A stretch of DNA of 64,000 nt from Octopus sinensis (taxonomy: Eukaryota), in the NCBI RefSeq assembly GCF_006345805.1, contig NC_043001.1:128464001-128528000 (forward strand), in the 5' to 3' direction. Shown here in pieces: positions 26,731-38,621 of this stretch. The stretch's first letter is position 1, and each line of letters begins with the position of its first letter. The position numbers were made by a program, and so were the translations under genes. The notes under the pieces were generated by a model that worked only from the letters and a program-made list of their open reading frames with translations, was not told the DNA's origin and did no database searches.

Positions 26731-27646
26731 TAAAGTGAATTACTCCTTTGCAATCCTACAAGATAGAGAGAAGAACCTTTTTCCCATGAAGTTCCCTTCC
26801 CTTTTACCAAGCCACTGTTTACGCTGTTTAACATTTCGATAGAAGATCCATTTTTAGTGGCTATGTCAGATGGTATTTTGATGAACTGTTTAAGGATGAT
26901 GAAAAGGAGCATTGTCGGGTCTGGTGACATAGTTACTTTGAAGTTAATGGAGCTGTTATCACACTTAGCATATATGTATACATTGTAATGAAGTTGATGT
27001 AGTTGTTGAGTGTGTGCAATGTGAATAGGCTGTGGGAGTATTGCATGTGAATCCAAAACAAGATTGAGATCCTTTTAGCAAGTAACCAAGAGAGCTTACT
27101 GGTGTGTGATGCACAAAGGTGTCTCTTGCAGAGAATACGTTTGCTTCATGAATGGTTGTCTTGCAGAACTTTAGGTAATGAATAAAAGCCACTTAGAAGA
27201 GAAGAGGTGTGTGACTTCTTTTCCAAGTTTTATAGGCCAGAATATTTCGTTTACTGTAATACTGTTACATGTGAACTACATGGTGTTATGGTTTTTGATG
27301 ATGTGAAAGGATATGCCTAAGAAGAGGTTTAGATCACTTGCTTGGCCCTGAAGCACATTTTCTGTTGAGGATAACTTGTCACTCGTTAACATGCTACAAA
27401 TACTTGCACTAAATTGCTATATCCTCCTCCTAACTCTTCTGTAGCTAATCCTTTGAACTAAAAAGTTGTATACCACCACCATCCAACTCATCTACCTTTT
27501 CTCTCATCATCCTGCCCTCAAAACTGAGCTTTCATTACACTTATCATCCTTATTGAAATTCAAGTTGGTCATCTATTCCATGAACTTTGCCAGTACTGCA
27601 CGAAGGCCTGCAAAGGCCTTGGGTACTGGCTCTCTTCTTGAAATAT

Positions 27647-27696
<50 letters not shown>

Positions 27697-27697
<1 letters not shown>

Positions 27698-27983
27698 CAG
27701 GTAACCAGAATGTGGAATCTAAAAACAGAAACAATTCCTATCATAGTAGGTGCATTAGGCATGATAAAAAAATATTCAGACAAATACATAACAAAAACAC
27801 CAGGACTTACAAACACATATAACATACAGAAAATTGCACTACTAGGCACTGCACACATCCTACGCAGAACACTTTCCATACAATAACCATCAGAGCATCA
27901 CAACAAATCACAGCACATACCCAAGGCACACAGAGCTGCGCTCGGTAGTGAAGTGAAAGCACGCTATAAAAATAAAACTACTG
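27697..27983 (+). mobile_element. 5'-truncated R4/Dong-like non-LTR retrotransposon in an (AAT)n microsatellite
   Basis: TIPIIVGALGMIKK...IQKIALLGTAHILRRTLSIQ* is an RLE-clade C-terminus. Flanked by (AAT)n on both sides. Confidence 0.75.
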
Positions 27984-28361
27984 AATAATAATAATAATAG
28001 TAATAATAATAATAATGATAATAACACTAATTTCAATCAAGCTCAATAAAATATGTATTAACTAATAAATTATGTAACATACTAAAATTGAGTTACTCAA
28101 CCTTCTCTCTGCCCAGTTTTATCCCTCATCAGAAACAAACCTGCTACTCTGCTGATAGGGAAAGGATGTTAAAGGCAGTTGGAAAATTTGTTTCTTTTCT
28201 TTTTAGAAATATTTTCTCACAAAACATGAACTCCCTTTTCACTCTGTAGTTTTAATTTGTACAAAACACCAATGATCTCTTTAAATTTTAATGATGTATT
28301 ATTAATTTTTCCACGCTCTTTTTTTTTCTTTTTTCTTTTTTTTTTTTTTTTAAACATTTAG

Positions 28362-28653
28362 CTCTAATTCAGCAGAGTGGTACAATACGGGTCCCTATGT
28401 CAGCTCGGCGTGGCCCAATGGGAATGAGATTTGATCGTGATAGAGAGCGAGAACAAAGAGATAAAGACAGGGAGATGCGTGAGAGGGAGAGGCGAGAGCA
28501 GAGGCGGGACAAGTCACTGAACAAACGACCACGGTCTCCGAACAATCATCGTTCCCATTCACCATCTCAGAGAGCTCGCAGTCCAAAGAGGAGACGGAAC
28601 CCACGGGTTGTACCCCGATATGTTGTTCAGATACCGAAGTTATCATTAGAAAC
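28362..28653 (+). CDS. CCAR1: CCAR1 exon, RE/RS-rich region
   Basis: Long T tract...tttAG|CTCTAATT...GAAAC|GTAAGG. ...RDRERE...RSPKRRRNPRVVPRYVVQIPKLSLE matches CCAR1 RRVVPRYTVQFSKFSLD. Phase 1 in, phase 2 out. Confidence 0.93.
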
Positions 28654-28763
28654 GTAAGGACTGCTTGATGCATTTCTAAAAGATGTTTTATTTTGTCATT
28701 GAATAACTCTGCTCAGCTCTTCAGCTTATGTTACTGTAGTGGCCAATCAAAATTTATGATCCA

Positions 28764-28826
28764 TGAGCTGAGCATGATATATATTGAGCTGAGCATGATA
28801 TATATTGAGCTGAGCATGATATATAT
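28764..28826. repeat. 3 x 21-bp tandem repeat
   Basis: TGAGCTGAGCATGATATATAT x3. Confidence 0.95.
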
Positions 28827-29414
28827 ATGGTACTGTGGAATCTTATTCAATTGCCTTTGGAATTGTGATCCCTCATGTTTATTATATTATTGTTCTGCTT
28901 CTGAAAATTTGCATTAGTAGTGGATAAATTGAATTCAAAACTTATTGATATTGTTACTGTATTGATATTGTTATTGGCGTTAGGAAGGGCATCCAGCTGT
29001 AGAAACACTGCCAGATCTGACTGGCCTGGTGCAGCCTTCGGGCTTCCCAGACCCCAGTTGAACTGTCCAACCCATGCTAGCATGGAAAGCGGACGTTAAA
29101 CGATGATGATGATGATGATACGTTTCTACTTCATTTATTATACTGCCATCATTTTATATTGTTGTTGAACATCATTGATCTGCTCAGCTTGAGCAGACCT
29201 ATCTCTGTCATGGTGATAAATAATCAATGTGTTTTTGTTTTTTTTTGGTTATCTTTAGCATTTTTTGCCCGACATATAAGTATTACATTTGAAGTAAGGG
29301 AACCTTTATGTGGTTTGCTCAAACAACTACAGCTAGCAGCTATGTCCTTCTCAAACCACACCCCAGTTTTCAAAAGGAACACATTAAATAATGTTGTTTT
29401 GAAGTCTAGTATTC

Positions 29415-29828
29415 ATGAATAGACAGTATGGTCATGGCTGGAATGCCTTTGATCATAGGTCTGTGTGATCAGTACCAACTAGGAATTAGACAACATATAC
29501 TATCATTTTGTTACTTTATTTCTATTAAAATACACTGCTTTTGGTTCAAGTAATGAATAGACAGTATGGTCATGGCTGGAATGCCTTTGATCATAGGTCT
29601 GTGTGATCAGTACCAACTAGGAATTAGACAACATATACTATCATTTTGTTACTTTATTTCTATTAAAATACACTGCTTTTGGTTCAAGTAATGAATAGAC
29701 AGTATGGTCATGGCTGGAATGCCTTTGATCATAGGTCTGCGTGATCAGTACCAACTAGGAATTAGACAACATATACTATCATTTTGTTACTTTATTTCTA
29801 TTAAAATACACTACTTTTGGTTCAAGTA
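29415..29828. repeat. 3 x 138-bp near-perfect tandem repeat
   Basis: Units start at 29415, 29553 and 29691. The third differs at about 2 positions. Confidence 0.95.
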
Positions 29829-30269
29829 AAATTTGAAAATAACAGAAATTAGCAAAATAATTTTTGTCGTTATTTTGCTAGTGTTTAGAACAGAAATTAA
29901 CATGGAATTTTGATAGAAGATTTTAATTTAGACCAGTTTTAAATGAGAAGTTTGTATCACAGAGCTAGGAACAGTCTCAAATAGGTTGGTATCAAAAGGG
30001 TTAATCCTTTAGTTATGCTAATTTATGTTTGAGCTTATCACCTATATCTTTGGAGAAAAAAGTTATCAAATTTGTTATTTTTCATAATTTTTGAAAATGG
30101 CATGACAAGCAGAATTGCTTATTGATACCATCCTGATGACCCCTGTACTTAAGAGATTGAATATATAGTATTTATTTTCCAGAAAGATTGTTATGTTGTA
30201 CCTTTAAAATGTTTAGCTTGTTTCACCATCCATATACTAATAGTAATGTATTTTTCTTTGTCTTTGTAG

Positions 30270-30510
30270 GAAAGAAGCTAATGTCATGGTCCTCAAATCC
30301 CGTTATAGTAACCTCTACATCCCTAGTGACTTTTTCCAAGCAAATTTCACATGGACTTCAGCTTTTCCTTTATATCGTCCATTCCAGCTGGGCACTGATT
30401 GTACTTTTCATGTGATGCCTAAAGACACTGAGCCTGTCAGTCTTAATGGCACTGAGTGTAGCGTACCAGCACTGGAACCTTCTGATGCTGACCATTTATA
30501 CAGTGCTAAA
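30270..30510 (+). CDS. CCAR1: CCAR1 exon (LYIPSDFF motif region)
   Basis: tttgtAG|GAAAGAA...GCTAAA|GTAAAA. KEANVMVLKSRYSNLYIPSDFFQANFTWTSAFPLYRPFQLG...DADHLYSAK. Confidence 0.97.
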
Positions 30511-30895
30511 GTAAAATATTTTTGTTTCTTCCTAGATCTTTTAGCATTAAGATTTTAAAGATTACTGTTTTGATATTATGTGTGTGTTATATATTTATCA
30601 TCATTTTCATTTGACGTTCCTTTTTTCATGCTGGTGGGATCTGGATGATTTGACAGTGGGCTGCACCAGATTATATGCCTACTTTAGCATGGTTTCTACA
30701 GCTGGATGCCCTTCTTAATGGCAACTACTTGACAGTGTACTGGATGCTCTTTATGTGGAACCAGCACTGGTGAGGTCACCAAGTACCAGCAAATTAAAAC
30801 CCCACCCTCAACTGAGGGTATAAAGGAAGGGATAAGACACTATGATAAAGGGACAAGGAGCAGGTGCAGTCTTATAATATCATATTTATATGTAT

Positions 30896-31195
30896 ATCAA
30901 AATCGTAATCTATCGACATCAATGGAATTTGTAGCTGTGATACCAGTGCCGGTGGCACGTAAGAGAACCATCCGAACGTGACCGTAGCCAGCACCGCCCG
31001 ACTGGCCTCCATGCCGGTGGCACGTAAAAAGCACCCACTACACTCACGGAGTGGTTGGCGTTAGGAAGGGCATCCAGCTATAGAAACACTGCCAGATCAG
31101 ACTGGGCCTGGTGCAGCCTTCTGGCTTCCCAGACCCCAGTTGAACCGTCCAACCCATGCCAGCATGGAAAGCGGACGTTAAATGATGATGATGAT
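30896..31195 (+). mobile_element. RTE 3'-end fragment
   Basis: Family motifs and (GAT)n tail. Same 5' truncation point as the 16.2-16.6 kb copy. Confidence 0.8.
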
Positions 31196-33851
31196 ATAGG
31201 CACAGGTATAGTTGTGTAGTTAAAAGTTTGCTTTGCAATCATGTTATCTCAAGCTCAGTTGAACTGTGCAGCATCTTCAGCAAGGGTTTCTGCTGGAATC
31301 CTGGACTAACCAGTGTCTTATGAGTTGGAACATTTCTTAAAATAAGTTCCAAAATGGTTGAAATAATTGGCTATGCACTTTCCTTACAAATTTGTAGCAT
31401 TGTATTAGTGCATTAAAATCATTGCTATTGTTACATTGAGAAGTAATACAAGGTTAGTAGAATTACTTGAGAAACAGACTGAAATTGTCTTGCAGCAATT
31501 AATTATATCTCTTTAAATTCTGAGTTCAAATTCCATCAAGGCGTAGTTTGTCTTTCATTTTTCTGTAGCCAAAAAATTTAAAATGCCTGTCAACTACTGG
31601 TATTTTATCAACTGTGTTGATTATACCCCTTCTCCAAAATGTAGCCTTGAAATTGCTATTAGTTATGTCCCTTTATGCTCTGAGTTCACATGCCATCGAG
31701 TTTGATGATGCCTTTCATCCTTCCAGAGTTGATAAAATAATTAGAATCAAGTCCTGGGGATTGATTAAATCAGTTCTACCCTCTCCCAAAATTGTGCCTT
31801 GGTTAGAAATATTATTATATGCACCATTTCTTCTTTGTGGCTTTTTTTTTGTTCACTTTTCTTTGTGTTTTGTATCCTCAGTATTATATATGTACTTTTG
31901 GCTGTCATCCTCTCTAGCTGCTTTCTGTCCCCTCTTTTACCCTTTTCTTATGGATGGTAGTGGAACTGAGAACTGTATACAATAAGCTTAGTAGAATCAT
32001 TAGCACATTGGACAAAATACTTAGCATTTCTTCTGTCTTTACATTGTTCAAATTCTGCTGAAGTCACCTTTGCCTATCATTTTTTTGAAGGGATCAATAA
32101 AATAAGTATCAATTGAGCACTGGGGAGGGGAACGGGGTCAATGTAATTGGCCAGCCTCCTCTCCCAAAATTGTTATTGTAGAAAGAATTATTATTTGGTA
32201 GGAATTGTATTCAGTGTCATTGAACTGTTCACTACACATCTCTTCATATTCTGTGCTTTTTTAATTTAGTTTTTATACATAACCAAAGGAGGAAGTTCTG
32301 TTTCCACAGCTCCTATTAAGGGCCTTCAAGGTTAGGGAAAGGTAGTGAGGGAGCTTTCTTCAGACAGGAAATCTAGTTCGGTATGAACTTAACTTAAGGC
32401 ACTAAGGGCCAAGTGCTTGTTTAAAGTGAGTGATGGTTTAGGTCTATCACCCAAAAACATCTCATCTGACAGACCACCTCTTAATTTCTACGTATCGAAT
32501 TTCACTCACAAGGTTTTGATCAGCTCAAGGCTATGGGGGAAGACACTTGCCCATGGTACCAATCTGTGGGATTGAATCTGAAACCACATAGTTGTGAAGT
32601 GAACTTAACCTCACAACCACACCTACAGTTGGCTTTGCTTCATTTACTTTGGTCTCTTGTTTAAGAAAAGCTTGATTATCACACAGTGTTTAAGCAAATA
32701 TTGTGGAAAAGAGATGGTTAAAAGATTATGTTTCATAACTTTATTGCCCTTTTAGCATATTGGCTACATTCCAACTCCATTAAATTATCTCTGTTTTAGC
32801 TATGGGCATCATGTTTTCATTTTGGGGTATACTTTCTTAAAACTTAATACTCATGATGCTAATTTAAAGACAATGGAGAATCTGGAAGCTACATGGAGCA
32901 AGTCAAATAACCATGCAGAGGTTTCTGTACTGGCTTTGATTTTTAACATGGTAAATTTCCTGGGTCTTTAATGTTAACTTATGTTTGATTTCTTCTGAAC
33001 AAGGTATGTGCTCTACTAGCACCCTAGTTTGTCTGAAGGCAGTTATCAAGGCTCTCACTATTTCATTGTTCTGTGGCTAGTGAAGAGAAAAGTATTTAAA
33101 AGTTTGTATTTGTAAAAAATATTTGCCCTGAAAAAAAAAATAAAGGAGCCTATAATCCTACAACTGTACCTCTATACAATCATTCAAACTGTCAGAAACA
33201 GCAGCCAAATTTTCCTCAAAATTGTCCTAGATACACTGTAACTAGACCGAATACATTTTTCTTTTTTTTTTAGTGAGGAGTGAAGGCAGTACCCATAACC
33301 CTTTACAGGAGCTCTGTGACTGGTGGGAAAGAGTGAGGAAAATATCTTCAAACCAGAGACCTAGCTTGAATGCTTGCAACAGAGTAGACTCTACTAAAGG
33401 ACCCCAAGGCACTGGGTGGTAGTGTTAAACTTGGCAAAGGATTAAGACTATAACGCTTGTAGGCTGTGGTGAAATTTGAACTCAGGATCCAGAGTTAGAA
33501 CAAATACCACAAGGCATTCACTCTAACATTCTAGCAGTTCTGCCAATTCATTGCCCCGGTACTATTTTATTGTCATCTCTGAAAAGATGAAGGGTAATGT
33601 TGACCTCAGTGGAATTTGAACTCAGTGCTGAGAGTTGGAACAAATACTGTGAGGCATTCCATCTGATGCTGTTCCAACTCTGCCAACGAGTTGCTGTAGT
33701 TGGAATTCTTTTGGTTCATAGATTTTCTCAGTCAGGGTTGACTTGGTGGCTAAGCAACTATAACAACAATTCATGCAGATGTAGTAAAATCGATGTAACA
33801 GCAACTCTTGTTGTAAAAGTAATTCTTATTGATTGAAACTGTTCATTCCAG

Positions 33852-34144
33852 GTGATGTTACTGTCAAGTCCGAAATTAGAAGACATCTTCTCAAAGTGCT
33901 GTGGGTCAGCTGATGATAGTCCAGACAATTCCCGCAATGAACAGATCAATTACCAACACCCAACCCGTCTGATTCAGTTTCTTGTCGGGTTGAAGGGCAA
34001 AAATGAACCCATGTCTATAGGTGGGCCTTGGTCTCCATCGCTAGATGGTCCAAATCCAGCTGAGGACCCAAAAGTACTAATCAAGACTGCTATCCGTTGT
34101 ACTCGTGCCCTAACTAACATAGATCTCAGTATGTGCACACAGTG
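33852..34144 (+). CDS. CCAR1: CCAR1 exon, DBC1/Nudix-like domain
   Basis: ttccAG|GTGATG...CAGTG|GTAAGT. VMLLSSP...HPTRLIQFLVGLKGKNEPMSIGGPWSPSLDGPNPAEDPKVLIKTAIRCTRALTNIDLSMCTQW. Confidence 0.97.
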
Positions 34145-34292
34145 GTAAGTATTAGAATATTATTTTCAGTGTTTTAACTGTTGTGTTTGCTTTTGTTTTC
34201 CTTATTTTTCAGGAACTGTTCAGTTATTTTCCAGATGAACTCGGAAATTCTTGGGATTTGGACACCAGACTGCAGAAACACAAACAAATCAA

Positions 34293-34324
<32 letters not shown>

Positions 34325-35580
34325 TCCTTTTTGATTCCTTTAACGTTTTCAAGATTTTTTTTTTCTTCTTCTTTTGCATTTATCCTCTTGCAGGTAACTT
34401 GATTCTTGTTCCCTGATTTTGTCAATTCTAATTTTAGTTTGACTTCTTGTCTACAAATTAAACTCTAAATTTGATTCAAATATGTTTGTGTCTACTTGTG
34501 CACACACAAGCATCTCATTTCTTCTCTTGTATATGCACCCAAGTTGCTTTGTGTCTGTACAAAAAGCCACAAACCATTTGATATTGTGTTTGGTACTGTT
34601 GTGACAGTGAAGGTGGTGCAGATGCTAGAGAGCTAAATTTTTATGCTTTTTGACCTGTTACTTTACATTTCTGGGTAACTCAAATAAATAGTCACATTGT
34701 ACAGAAAAGGGCTTAAATTGTTTTTCCATGCTAGAGGAAAGATTACCATTGGGTTGGCTTTGCCTTTTATTCTTCATGGGCCAATAAAATGAAGTACTTG
34801 TCAAATACCAAAGTTAATGTAATTGAGTATAAATTCACTCAAAATTTCTCAGTTTATGCCTGTTATAAGTTATTAAATTGTATCAAGACAAACTTTACTT
34901 TTCATCTCTTTGGAAATTGATGAAATATCACTCAAATAACTGGTCCCTCCCCATAAATCTATAGTTTTTTGTCTTTGCTAGAAATCATCATTATTATTAT
35001 TATGAAAGTAAACAAGGTGGTTAGCTGGCAAAACCATTAGTGTGCCAGGCGAAATGCTTAGCAGCATTTTGTCCATTTTTGTGTTCTGAGTTCAAATTCA
35101 GTCAGGATGAAAGTACCAGTTGAGCTCTGGTGCCAATGTTATCGATTTAACTCCTCTCTGAAATTGCTGGCCTTGTGCCAAAATTTGAAATACTTGTTAT
35201 GAAAATAGATTTATCCTGGCAAGCTTGTTCTGCATCCCATTTGAGCTGTTCCACTTTCCTCGTAATGCTAATGGATTGAGAATAAAATAAATGTCGTGCA
35301 TAAGTTTATTGTCTTTAATATGTCTATCTGGTTATATGTATTCACTGCATCCTATTAGACAGTGGATGCAGCATGGCCAAATGGTTAAGAAGTTTGTTTT
35401 CACAACCATGTTTTCACAATCATAAGGTAGGTCTCTGGGATTGATCCCACTGTGAAACATCTTAGGGCAAGTGTTTTCTGATGTTGTTTCAGGACAACCC
35501 AAGCCTTGTGAGTGAGACTGAGTACACAGATGGACTATACCTGTAATTCAAAGGTACACCCTTCTCTCTCTCTCTCTCTC

Positions 35581-35613
<33 letters not shown>

Positions 35614-35768
35614 CACACACATTGTGTCAAGCTGATTCTGTCTGAGAATTACATAAGGGGTATATGTGTCTATGGAATGCTCAACTTGCACAAAAATTCA
35701 ATGAGTAGGCAATTTGGTTGATCTGGTTCAGCAATTGAATCCTTATCATCTAAGCTAACACAAATCTA

Positions 35769-36163
35769 TTTACTCTTTTACTTGTTTCAGTCATTTGACT
35801 GCGGCCATGCTGGAGCACCGCCTTTAATCGAGCAACTCGACCCCGGGACTTATTCTTTTGTAAGCCTAGTACTTATTCTATCGGTCCCTTTTGCCGAACC
35901 GCTAAGTAACGGGGACATAAACACACCAGCATCGGCTGTCAAGCAATGCTAGGGGGACAGACACAGACACACACACGCATACATATATATACATATATAC
36001 GACAGGCTTCTTTCAGTTTCTGTCTACCAAATCCACTCACAAGGCTTTGGTCGGCCCGAGCCTATAGTAGAAGACACTTGCCCAAGGTGCCACGCAGTGG
36101 GACTGAACCCGGAACCATGTGGCTGGTAAACAAGCTACTTACCACACAGCCACGCCTGCGCCT
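35769..36163 (-). mobile_element. SINE family A
   Basis: Reverse complement of the family A consensus. Confidence 0.85.
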
Positions 36164-36676
36164 ATATACTGTATACAGAGACAAAATTTCTGAACAGATA
36201 CATATGATAAACTACCAGCTTGTGGGTTGCATGTTCATATATACTGCAAGTATTTTGTTGCAATGCAGGCATTTGATGCTGCATTCCACAATTCTCCTAG
36301 CTGTCATGAATAAATATCAGTTGGGTTTTTTTTTTTTGTGTGTGTGGGTGTGGAGAATCACTGGAATTTATTCCTAGATATGGGATACATCTGGCTACAA
36401 ATGCTCAGGTAATTGTCTGTATTAGTGTATAGGATAGATATTGTTCTGTTTGTATTGTTTTGTAATTGTTAGTCACTTTGTTGCCATTGTGACAAAATAA
36501 TGAAATTATTATTATTAATGTTATTACTATTATTATTAATATTGTTATTGTTTCTATTGTCAGTGTTGTTTGCTTTTAAAATAATTTCCATGTTTTGATG
36601 TTCATATGGAATGTTGTCAAACAATTTGAAAAAATTAATACCACTAAATTATTTTTTCTTATTAATGTTGTTGATT

Positions 36677-36719
<43 letters not shown>

Positions 36720-36818
36720 TATGTATAGCAATGGCTGTTGTTTGAACAGTCAGATATTCAAAGTTCTCGTCCATCTTTTTAGCAAAATCTTCTTTTTTCA
36801 TTAACACCTTCCTAACAG

Positions 36819-37071
36819 GTATCGATTCGCAGAGATACGGTACATTCGTCCTGAGGAGATGCACAAGGGGCGACTGGTGCCTGCTCGTGTTGAAACTGTC
36901 GTGCTTTTCTTGCCAGATGTCTGGAGCATTCGTCCAACGTGCCTGGAGTGGGAGTCATTGAGGGCTGCCTATAAAAGTCACCTGCAGAAGAAGCTAGCAG
37001 GAAGCAGTAGCAGCAGCGTCAACAGCAGCGGTGGCACTGCCACTGATTCCAAGGATGACACAACTACTCAG
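36819..37071 (+). CDS. CCAR1: CCAR1 exon, end of DBC1 domain; 3' boundary inferred at a GC donor
   Basis: ctaacAG|GTATCGATTC. YRFAEIRYIRPEEMHKGRLVPARVETVVLFLPDVW...DTTTQ. No credible GT donor follows. CAG|GCACTC gives the phase 0 the next exon needs. The 5' end is solid and the 3' end is less certain. Confidence 0.85.
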
Positions 37072-38488
37072 GCACTCAACCCTTCTAATCTTTTTTCTCT
37101 TTTCTTTCATGCTTTTTCTTTTAAATGTTTAGTTTAACAACTACAAATATATATATATATCTGTATACGCATACATATATATATCTTCCCCTTGAATTAA
37201 CAACTACTTCAGGATATATCAAACTGATACAATTTGCCCAGGAAGATTGCTACAGTCCTGTACTTTTCTGTTTCAACTTTCATATCATCCACATATCAAT
37301 GTAATATATCAATACTAGCAAAAGCAAGTCTATTAATATAGACTGAAAATTATGTAAGTCTTGTTCAATGTGCATTTTCTATGTTAGCATTGGTTAGGTG
37401 AAAAATTGAGGTAAGATTGCATTACCAAATGCTCTTCCTCTCACCAACCATTACTTATTTTTCAATTAAGGAAATTTTTGTTCAAGAGGTCTGCACAGAG
37501 TAACTGAGGATGATACCAGCAAAGAACATCGACGTTCATGCATATAAGATATGAGCACATGCACACATATGTATGACAGGTTCTTGCAATTTCTATCTAC
37601 AAAAGTCAGTCACAAGGCATTAGTCAAACCATGGTTATAGTAACAGACACTTAACCCAGGTGCTATGTGGTGGAACTGACCCTGAAATCACTTAACTGTG
37701 CCTATAATTGAAAATTTATAAGTATCACTTATAAAAAAAGGAATTAAAATGTTTAAATTTATTTTCCTCAGTGGGGCCAAAAGAGTGTCCAGCCATAAAA
37801 CACTACTTTAAAATGTCCCATCTGACCCATGCCAACAAAGAAAAAGTAAGTGTAAAGATGATGATGATGATGATGATAAAAGACCTACATAGTATTAGTT
37901 GCTTTGGTTGTGTTCTTAACTGCTGTCTTCGTTATTCTGGTTTTTAGCAGTTTTTAGAAACTTGCATGTACTCTGTTGACACAGTCAGGTCTTTAATATC
38001 AAATATGGTCTTGTTTTAATAAAACAATTCACATTATTCATGGCCATGAACACATTCTCCAAGTATAATTCAAATGTCCAAATTTTGGATGAGCATTCTT
38101 CTCTTGATATGAAAATATACGGTATCAAGTAATAAAGAAAACAGATAAGCTTAGCTTTAAGCTTCCCTACTTAGTTTCTTGTTTCTTCAGAGTTTCTGTA
38201 TTTATTTATTTATGTTATCCCAGGTTGAAGAAAAGATGTATGTATGTATGTATGTATATGTTCCCTCCAGGCTGGATTATAGAGGTTTCAGTTGTGCTCC
38301 TTTTTTACTTGTATTTATATTTTTAATGGCAAAGTAAGAGGAGGAATGATAATGCCTATGAGGTTTTTTTCCATGGCCTTTATATACTGATAGGAGGTAG
38401 TTATCTTCAGGCAAGAGACTTCGTTCATATACTTGCTACAGAATGGACTCCACTTGAGGCACTCAGTCGCCAGGTGTTGATGTTAAAC

Positions 38489-38621
38489 TTTTCCTTTCAT
38501 CCTTTCGGGGTCGATAAATTAAGTACCAGTTACGCACAGGGGTCGATGTAATCGACTTAATACCTATGTCTGTCCTTGTTTGTCCCCTCTGTCTTTAGCC
38601 CCTTGTGGGTAATAAAGAAAT
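38489..38621 (+). mobile_element. 5'-truncated SINE family B with 17-bp TSD
   Basis: TSD AGGTGTTGATGTTAAAC at 38472-38488 and 38622-38638. Confidence 0.9.

Noticed and set aside
26730-27460. Possible Helitron/PIF1 helicase remnant (EMLNSVNSGL on the minus strand)
   Set aside because: Similarity is only a few residues. A profile search is needed, so it is not supported by eye.
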